Positions 35,591 through 44,400 of a stretch of 64,000 bases of DNA are shown piece by piece; positions within the stretch are counted from its first letter, which is position 1; the number at the start of each line of letters is the position of its first letter. The notes beneath the pieces are model-generated. The model was given only the letters and a program-made list of their open reading frames with translations. It was not told the origin of the DNA and did no database searches. The stretch comes from Gallionella sp. (lineage in GTDB: Bacteria; Pseudomonadota; Gammaproteobacteria; Burkholderiales; Gallionellaceae), in contig JAQVVH010000004.1 in assembly GCA_028699065.1 (NCBI GenBank), positions 1,589 to 65,588 of the forward strand. Direction: 5' to 3'. The translations under genes and the position numbers were made by a program.

Positions 35591-37396
35591 ATGACATTCG
35601 CCACTGACCAAGCTGCACAAGTCGCTCTCCGAAACGATGTGTTCGCAGAGGCACAGGGGTATCTGGATCAGATGCTGGCGATCACGGACGTCAGCTTCTC
35701 CAACAGTTTCAACATCGACTCCATCCTGCCCGACTCGTACAACTACGCATCGGTCCCGCAAGTAGGATTTCGGTTGCAGGGGCCGGGATTCGCCCCCAGC
35801 ATATCGATAGTTTCAGCCGCACCCCCAACAGCCCCGACCGCCTCGTTCTCCACCATCACGGATGTCGTGGTGCCCGATCTGACCGCAGTGGCCCCGACGC
35901 TCGCGTTCCCCACTGTTCCGAGCAACACGCTGCCGACGGCACCCGGCGCGTCGCCGTCGTTCACTTCGCCAGCGATACCGACCGCCCCGCTCATCACCCT
36001 TCCGACAGTGCCAACGCTAGCCGCGCTGTCGCTCCCCACAGCGCCGTCGATCGACCTGCCCGTGTTTGCCGCACTGGCGCCGGACGACGATCTAGTGGCC
36101 CCCACGACCGAATTCCAGTTCGCCGAGGCCGCCTACGAATCGACCCTGCTGGATCCGCTGAAGGCCATCCTGCTGGACAATCTTGTCAATGGCGGCTACG
36201 GTATCGAGACGGCTGACGAGGTCGCGCTGTTCAACCGCGCCCGTGACCGCGAGGTCGAGGCAATGTCGGCACGCATCGCCGACGCTGGCCGCGCCATGGC
36301 GGCACGCGGGTTCCCGCTACCGCCCGGCGAACTGAGCGTCCACATCGACCGCGCCTACCAGGAGATGCAGGACAAGGTCTCCGTCGTCTCGCGTGACATC
36401 ACGCTGGAGCGCAGCAAGTTGTTCGTGGAGAACCGCCAGTTCACCATCCGCGAGGTCAGGGATGTGGAACAAATGCTGCTCAACTTCCACAATGCAGTGC
36501 AGGAACGCGCACTGAATGTGGCACGGCTGACCGTGGAGTTTTCTGTCGCCATCTTCAAAGCGTTGGTAGAGCGCTACAACGCACGCTTGGGGGCCTACCG
36601 CGTCGAAGCCGAGGTGTTCAACGACCGCATTCGCGCCGAGTTGGCCAAGGCCGAGATATACCGTACGCAGGTTGAGGCGGTGAAGGTCTCGTCAGAACTA
36701 CAGCGCACTCAGGTCGAGACGTACCTCGCGCAGTTGAGGGGCATCGAGACTTCCGTCAGCGTCTTCCGCGTCCAGATGGACGCTGCCAAGGTGCAGGCCG
36801 AGATCGAGCGCATCAGGCTCGAAGCCTACCGCTCACAGGTGGATGCCTACACCGCACAGGTGCAAGCCAAGGTCGCCGAGTTCGGCATGTACCGCTCGCA
36901 GATCGAAGGCGAGACCTCCAAGGTGCAGGCATTTGAAGCTCAAGTCCGTGCATTCACCGGTCAGGTCGGAGCCGCAGAGATCAAGTCCAAGATTCAACTC
37001 GGTAGACTCCAACAAGAAACCGAGCAGGCGCGCATCCAGTTGCTCACCTACCAAGGGCAACTCGACCAGTACAAGGCCGACGTGGAGCGCCAAGTCGCGT
37101 CTGGACAACTTCAGGTTCAATACTACAGCGCGGCGACCGCAGCCGCCAAGATGCTGAACGACGGCGCACTGGGTCAAGCAGGTTTGCAGCAGGAAGTCAT
37201 CAAGTCGACCACGCAGCAGAACATCCAGATCAGTGAGATGACCATCGCCGACGCCCGCGCGAAGCTGGAAGCCACGGTCGCCGCGCTCAAGTTCAGGACG
37301 GAAGGCACGCACTTCGCGAGCCAGCAGTTCTTCGCGGTACTGACTCAACTGATGAGCACGGTCAACACGTTGGCGGTTTCGACAACGACTGCATAA
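35591..37396 (+). CDS. Putative internal virion/ejection protein
   Basis: Pro-rich linker followed by a long coiled coil; precedes the giant protein. Confidence 0.55.
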   Translation: MTFATDQAAQVALRNDVFAEAQGYLDQMLAITDVSFSNSFNIDSILPDSYNYASVPQVGFRLQGPGFAPSISIVSAAPPTAPTASFSTITDVVVPDLTAVAPTLAFPTVPSNTLPTAPGASPSFTSPAIPTAPLITLPTVPTLAALSLPTAPSIDLPVFAALAPDDDLVAPTTEFQFAEAAYESTLLDPLKAILLDNLVNGGYGIETADEVALFNRARDREVEAMSARIADAGRAMAARGFPLPPGELSVHIDRAYQEMQDKVSVVSRDITLERSKLFVENRQFTIREVRDVEQMLLNFHNAVQERALNVARLTVEFSVAIFKALVERYNARLGAYRVEAEVFNDRIRAELAKAEIYRTQVEAVKVSSELQRTQVETYLAQLRGIETSVSVFRVQMDAAKVQAEIERIRLEAYRSQVDAYTAQVQAKVAEFGMYRSQIEGETSKVQAFEAQVRAFTGQVGAAEIKSKIQLGRLQQETEQARIQLLTYQGQLDQYKADVERQVASGQLQVQYYSAATAAAKMLNDGALGQAGLQQEVIKSTTQQNIQISEMTIADARAKLEATVAALKFRTEGTHFASQQFFAVLTQLMSTVNTLAVSTTTA

Positions 37397-37400
37397 AGGA

Positions 37401-38429
37401 ATGACCATGGCAGATACCTACGGCGCGAAGCCCTACGACTACAAGGACTACTACAAGCCCCTCCGCGGCAGCCAACTGGAGGACACGACGCCAATCGTGG
37501 ATAAACTCCGGGCGATGTTCTCCGTGTTCGGCGTGGATCAGACGCCGGTGGACTTGAACGACCCGAACGCAGGCATCGGCGAGAAGCTGCGCGGCGGCCT
37601 GGGCCTGGCGCCGGCGCTCCAACCGCGTGCCGTGCAGGCCGACGTGCGCAAGTCGGACAACGCCATGGCGAGTCCCGCCATGCCAAACTTCGGTGCAGTT
37701 CCGCCCGCGCCCACCCCAGCACAATTCGCGCCTGTCGCCACCGGCGCCTCGCAGTCGCAGGTCCGCGCTTCGGACAACATGATCGCCGCGAACTCCATGC
37801 CTGTCGTCGACGGCGCGTGGGCGGCACCGCACGGCGCCTCTCCCGGCATCGGCTCGCAGCTTGAAGCCGGCCCGGCGACGACCGCCGTATCCTCCAGCCG
37901 CGACGCGAACGGGAACCTCGTACTCACCAACGCGCCGCCCGGCCCTATCGGCCCCGGCGCAGCGCCGCAGCGAGTGGCCCCCCGGAAGTATCTTGATTTC
38001 GGTGGTGCTTACGGTGCGGCGATGAATCAGGCCCGCGCCGCCGGACAGGATAAGGCTGCCCGCGAAACCGCGCTGAAGCTGCCGGAGATATCGAAGCAGG
38101 GCGCCGAAGCTACCATCCTGAGCGAGCGCATGAAACTCGCCGCTGCCGAACCTGATCCGGCACGCAAGGCCGCGATACTGGCAGGTCACGTGATGTCGGA
38201 CCCCAAGCTCCAAGCCCCGCCCAACATGCAGCCGCTGCCCGGCGACAAGGACCAGAGCGGCGTCGTGTTCGATCCCGCGAAGGGCGCGTTCCGGAAGGTG
38301 CCAATCACTCAGGCCGCGACGACAGCCAACATCGACGCCGCGTTGGCGGGATCGATGAAGGGCAAGACACGCGCGCAAGTCATCCAGGCGTACAAGGACA
38401 AAGGCTACGATGTAAGTGGCGTGAAATAA
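37401..38429 (+). CDS. Putative internal virion/ejection protein
   Basis: Ala/Pro-rich; AAGGA RBS; position in the ejection cluster. Confidence 0.55.
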   Translation: MTMADTYGAKPYDYKDYYKPLRGSQLEDTTPIVDKLRAMFSVFGVDQTPVDLNDPNAGIGEKLRGGLGLAPALQPRAVQADVRKSDNAMASPAMPNFGAVPPAPTPAQFAPVATGASQSQVRASDNMIAANSMPVVDGAWAAPHGASPGIGSQLEAGPATTAVSSSRDANGNLVLTNAPPGPIGPGAAPQRVAPRKYLDFGGAYGAAMNQARAAGQDKAARETALKLPEISKQGAEATILSERMKLAAAEPDPARKAAILAGHVMSDPKLQAPPNMQPLPGDKDQSGVVFDPAKGAFRKVPITQAATTANIDAALAGSMKGKTRAQVIQAYKDKGYDVSGVK

Positions 38430-38432
38430 GAC

Positions 38433-41400
38433 ATGGCTGATCCGCTCGACCTGCTGGCCGGAGATGCTGGCCTCGACGTAACACAACCGGTAGCGGGAGC
38501 TGACCTCCTCGCTGACCCCAACGCGCCCGGCCCCTTCGCGCGTGGCGTGAAGTCCGGCGTCGCCGGCGTCAAGGGGTCACTCTATGGCATGGGCGCCCTC
38601 GCCGCACGCGGCGCCGCGAACGTGCTGCCGGCGGCCGCTGCCCCCGTCGCCACAGGTCTCGAACAGGCGGCACTGGAGAACGTCGCTGCGCAGAACGAGA
38701 TCGCCTCACAGGGCGCCATGTCGTTCGAGGATGTCGTCGCCGACCCGTCGCGTGCCGGTGAATACTTCAAGTTCCTGCTGGGCAACGCCGTGCCATCGCT
38801 CGCTGCCATGGCAACTGGCGGTGGCATCGGTGCCGGCATCGGCGCGCTGGCGGCTCGCGGCAGCGCGGCAGCCCTCACCGCGCGAGCGCTGGGTGCCGTC
38901 GCCCCCGCCGTTCGCACCGGCGCCCTCGTTGGCGCCGTCGCCCCTGACTTCGCACTGGAAGCCGGCAGCATCTACCCCGAAGCCCTCAAGACGGGCGTGG
39001 AGAACCCCGCCCTGCGCTCCGTCGCCGGCGGCGCAGCAGCCGCAGCACTTGACTTCATCCCCCTGCTGGCGGCCGAGAAGTATCTCAAACCCATCGGTGC
39101 CGGCGGCATCGGCGCGCTGGCCAAGGGCGCACTCAAGGGTGCTCCCGTCGGCGCTGCATTGGAAGGCACCCAAGAGGCGCTGCAGTCCGTTGTCGAACGC
39201 GGGGCTGCCGGTAACTCGCTGACCGATCCGGCGGCCGTCAGCGACTACATCAACTCATTCGCCGGCGGCGCAGCGCCTGGTGCCATGTTTGGTGCCGGCA
39301 TCGGTGCCCGCCGTCAATCTGTGGCACCGGCAGCAGTCCCGCCTGTAGCAGAAACTGCTCCAATCGTTCCAGATTCCGGCATGATCGTACCCGATTCGGG
39401 AACGCCTGCGCCAGCGAGTATCACTCCCGAAGCCCTGCATGCCGACCTCACAGCGCAGCACGCCGCCGCGACGCAGCAGGTCACGGATCACACTGCCCTG
39501 CTCGGAACCCTCCAGCAGGCGCAGGCAGAGGGCGAAGCGAAGATCAAAGCACTGGCAGCCGAGGCCAAGCTGCCGCCCGGTGAGCGCCGTATCAAGAGCG
39601 AGATCCTCGCCGAGAAGAAAGACATGGCCGCCCAGGTCAAGGAAGTCAAGGCCAAGATCGAGGAAGTCGGTGGCCAGTTGAACGCCGCGCGCACCACGAT
39701 TGGCACCCTGACCCCCCAACTCGAAGCCGCGCGGCAGGCGTTGCCGCCCGCGCCCCTACCCGAAGGCACGGTACCCGACCTAGTCCAGCCCGAGATCACC
39801 CCCCGCGCCGCGCCGGTGGTATCCGACATCATCGCCGACCCGAACCTGCCGCCGCCAACCCCCGCCGAGCAGACCGACCGCGCCGTGAAGGGTGTCCACG
39901 CCCTGTTCCGCGAGCAGGGCATGCCGCTGACCACAACCGAGGAGAGCCTCGCTACGCCGCCGCAGACCCCTCGTGAGGTCGCGCTGGCCAAGGTTGAGCA
40001 ACGCCAGCCCCGCGAGTCCGTACCGCAGGCCAGCCCTGCCCAGATGCAGGCCATCGAGGCCAACGCCATGTCGGTGATCGAGCCGCTGGCCAAGACGATG
40101 GCGGCAACCAAGACGAAGACGCCCGAGGCGCAGGCCAAGGTCGCGGCCAAGCTGGCCAAGGCAATGCGCGGCGTGGTGCAGGAGGCCGCCAAGCAGGGGT
40201 CAATCGAAGCCGCGCAGCAGTACGTTACCGACAAGTTACCCAACGCTCTGAAGGGCCACGGCGTAACTGCCGACGCCACCGACATGGCCAAGGCCGTGAA
40301 CGCCGGCGTCGGGCTGGCGCGGACGCTGTACTCGAAGGGGGCGACTAAGCCAGCTACGGAGGTATCAAAAGAACAACTAGGAGCCGCGTTCGGATACTTT
40401 GACCCCAGCACAGGGAATACATATGTGCGCGAGGATTTACCGCCAGCAGTGAAGCGGTTCGTCTCCGCGCACGAGGCGCACCATGCCACGCAAGATCCGG
40501 AGTTCATGAAGAAACACCCCGCGCTGGCTGAGATAGCGGCATCGGTGTTCCCTGGATTCAAAGACCCCATTGGGCTGATGGCGACAATGAAGGCGTCGCT
40601 GACTCCTGAACGGCTGAAATTCTATTTGGATCGGGTTCGCGGTGAACAGAACTCCCGCGCCGCCCTAACGCAAGACGAGTTCGACGCCCTGCCCGAACCC
40701 GCGCAGTTCGCCGCCGTCGACGCCTACAACCGCGTCATGCGCGCCAAGGGTACCGCGCTCCGGCAGCGCATGGCCCAGCTCATCGGTGACCGGCCAGAAC
40801 TCAAGATCATGACGTTCTCGGCGACGCCCGACAGCCCGATCGGTTCCTACACTCGCACCGGCCCACTGAAGGCTGCCATCTCTATGGCGCTGAACGCCAA
40901 GGAAGGCCTGAGCGTCGCCGACCACGAGGGCTACCACTTCGCTGAGGACTGGCTACTCACCCCCGGTGAGCGTCGCGTCGCCGCCAACGCACTGAAGGCC
41001 GGCAAGCCGCTCTACACCCAACTGGTCGCCCGGCTCCAGCAGTACGACCGCGAGAACGGCACCAGCCTAACCGACGAAGTCACAGCGATCCCGGCAGAAG
41101 CGCGGGCCTACGCCTTCGAGTTCTGGCGGCGTGGCGAGTTCAAGGCTGACGGCGCACTGGCGAAGGCCTGGCAGAAGATCAAGACGTTCTTCGAGAGGAT
41201 TGTCAACGCCGTCAACGGTTTGGGTTTCCAATCGATCGAGGACGTGTTCGTCGCGCTGGATCGCGGTCAGATGGCGGAGCGGGAGATGGTGGCGGGCGAC
41301 GGTGGTGCGTTTCAGTCGGTGGCCGGCGGGCAGTCATGGTACCGCTCCGCACTGACCGAAGCCGTCGCCGGCATCCAGAGCCGGCAGGCCACCGCGCAGG

Positions 41401-44400
41401 GCTGGAAGGATCAGATCAAGGGGCTGATCGCCAACGGCAAGGCGAAGCAGGTCGAACTCGACGCCGTGGGGCTGAACGAGTGGCTGGACCTCCAGCAGGG
41501 GAAGGTCACCAAGGATCAGGTGATGGCGTTCCTCGGTGAGAACGGCGTCCAGGTTCGCGAGACAATCCTGGGCAGCGCGATGCCGCAGGCGCGGCAGGAC
41601 GAGTATCAGCAGCGACTGCGAGACATCGAGGACATGCGCGACCTCGGTGGGCGGATATCTCACGACGAAGCCCGACGGCAGATCGACGCCCTGCAGCAGG
41701 AGTTCAAGGTTGGCGAGTATGGCGACCCCTTCGACAGTACCAAGTTCGCCGCCTACCAACTGCCGGGCGGCGAGAACTACCGCGAGTTGCTGCTGACATT
41801 GCCGGCGAAACAAGCTACGCAGTTCTTCATCGCGTACAAAGGCGACTCCACCATGGGTACAGGGTTCGCTACTAGGCAGGAGGCCGAAGCGGAACTGGCG
41901 GACACCTTCCCCGGCCGCAATGATCTGGAAGTCCGTGAGGGCACGGGGGATCGCAGCACGACGACGCGCACGCCTGAGAACTTCCGCTCCTCCCACTTCG
42001 ACCAGCCCAACATCCTCGCCCACATCCGCTTCAACGAGCGCACCGGCGCCGAAGGCAAGCGTGTGCTGTTCATCGAGGAGATTCAGAGCGACTGGGCGCA
42101 GAAAGGGCGGAAGGAGGGGTTCGCCAGCGCCGCGAAGCCGCTCAAGGATATAACTACAGAAGAACTGCGCGGCATACTGGCATCGCTGCCGCAGCCGACT
42201 GCACAAGAACGTGCGGAGAACTACGCTTCCGACTACGAGGCCTCGGCGGACGCTATTTTTGAACTGATCACTGCGAACCGTACTGGCGAACTGGAGGGAT
42301 ATGATCGCATAGATAGGACTTCCATTTTGCGCGATGTTCTGGTTGGCGATCATAACTGGACCGAGCAGGCAGCGAACACTCTTCAGCAGAAACTGGACGG
42401 CTACGGCGCCATCCGTGCGGGCACCCCCTCCGCCCCCTTCGTCACCAAAACCGAAGCCTGGACAGCCCTCGCCCTCAAGCGGATGATCCGCTACGCCGCC
42501 GAGAACGGCTTCGACTCGATCGCCTGGACAACGGGTGAACAACAGGCGGCGCGGTACGACTTGAGTAAGCAGGTCGACCACGTCGCGCACTACAAAGATG
42601 GCAGCGGGCATCTGCGAGTCGCTGTTCAGGGAATGAATGGCGAGGAGGTGTGGAACGCCTACGACCCCACACCGAAAGAACTTGAAGATACACTTGGCAA
42701 AGAGATAGCAGGGAAGATCGCGAACGACGAGGGTGCCGACTCAGGTGCGGGGGTCAAGATTCTTCGCGGGCTCGACCTCAAAGTCGGCGGCGAAGGCATG
42801 AAGGGCTACTACGACAAGATCGTGGTAGGCGTGGCCAACGACATCCTCAAGAAGCTGGGCGGCGGGAAGGTGGGGGAGGTCACGATCAACCAAGACCACG
42901 ACGCCAGCCAGAACACCGAGAAGGAGTGGGACGAAGGCGTAGCGCGCTGGCACCTGAAGCGCGGCGGTGAGATTTATGTCGTCGATAAGAACGGCATGGA
43001 AACGCGCATCAAGAACGAACTCACCCTGAACGCCGAACTCGATGAGAACGGGGCGCCGCGTGGGTACGTTCTGGGCGACACACAGGGTAGCAGCACCCAA
43101 CCCGGCTTCACCATCACCCCCCGCCTCGCCGAGAACGCTGCCAACGGCCTGCCGCTGTTCTCCAAGGCTGCCGTCGCCAAGGCCAACCGCATGGCTGCCG
43201 GCGAGCTGGAAGCCATGCAGTCCGGCGAGCAGTACGCGCACCTGATCGAGAACGCGAATCTATCCAATGATCTGTTCACGCGGGCCTTCGGCGTCGTCAA
43301 GGAAGACATCGTCGGCGGCCTCGGCCGGTGGTGGACGAACACCATGTCCACGCCGAACTACATCAGCGCGGCGTCGGCGGGCTTCAAGAACGTCTATCAG
43401 GCATTCAACACGTATAGCCGCTACCGCAAGATACTCGCCGAGCAACTGGTGCGCGAGCGGCTGCCGAGTTGGTATCAGGCGTCCGATGCCGACCGCAAGG
43501 CCGCCTTCGATGTCATGCTCAAACGCACCGTCGGCAAGTTCTCAACGAACTCACTGGAACTGGCTGACCTGCTGCGCACCCTGACCCCTCAACAGCGCAC
43601 GCTGTACGACCAGGCGACGGGAATGATCGCCGGCGTCCTGCAGCGCCAGTTCGAAAGCCAGAAGGTAGAGCGCCAGCGCCAGCTCACCAGCCCCGGTGCC
43701 TACGACAAGTGGCTCGCCCACCGGCAGGAACAGATGGCCAGCCTGCTCGACACCGGCTACGTGCCACTGCGCCGCTACGGCGACTACAGCGTGTCGGTGT
43801 ACATGGAGGCGCCCGACGGCTCGCGCGTGCAGGCCGGGCTGGAATTCTTCGCGTCACCCAGCGCGGCCAAGGCGGCATCCATCGCCTACGCCCGCGAGAT
43901 CGAACGCTCCGGCGTCGCCCTGAAAGTCGAGATGGGCCGCCGCAGCAAGAACGAACGCGATACCGGCGTGTCGCTGGAACAGTTCCTCGGCACCCTGCGT
44001 CGGCAGGGCGTCGATATCTCGCAGGCCGAACGCGAGCGGCTGGTCGTCGCCATGACCAACGCCGACTCGCTGGTGCGCACCCAGATGATGCGCCGCGAAG
44101 GCCTGGCCGGGTACTCGACCGACGGCATGCGTGTCCTGCATGAGTTCGGCGTCAACACGACGAGCGAGATCGCCTACGCGCGCTTCGCGCCGGTGCTGGA
44201 CGCCGCGCTGGACGGCGCCGAGGTCACGGCGGACGTCAACTCGGTGACGAGCGAGCCCGTCATCCAGATCGGTGAGGCATTCGGTCGCCGCGAGGACGGC
44301 GTCGAGAACAACCTGTGGAAGCGCGACGGCCCCATGTCCGGTTTCTATAAGGACCGCGCCAACGCCATGGCTGACACCACGCTGTCGCCCGACCGGCAGA

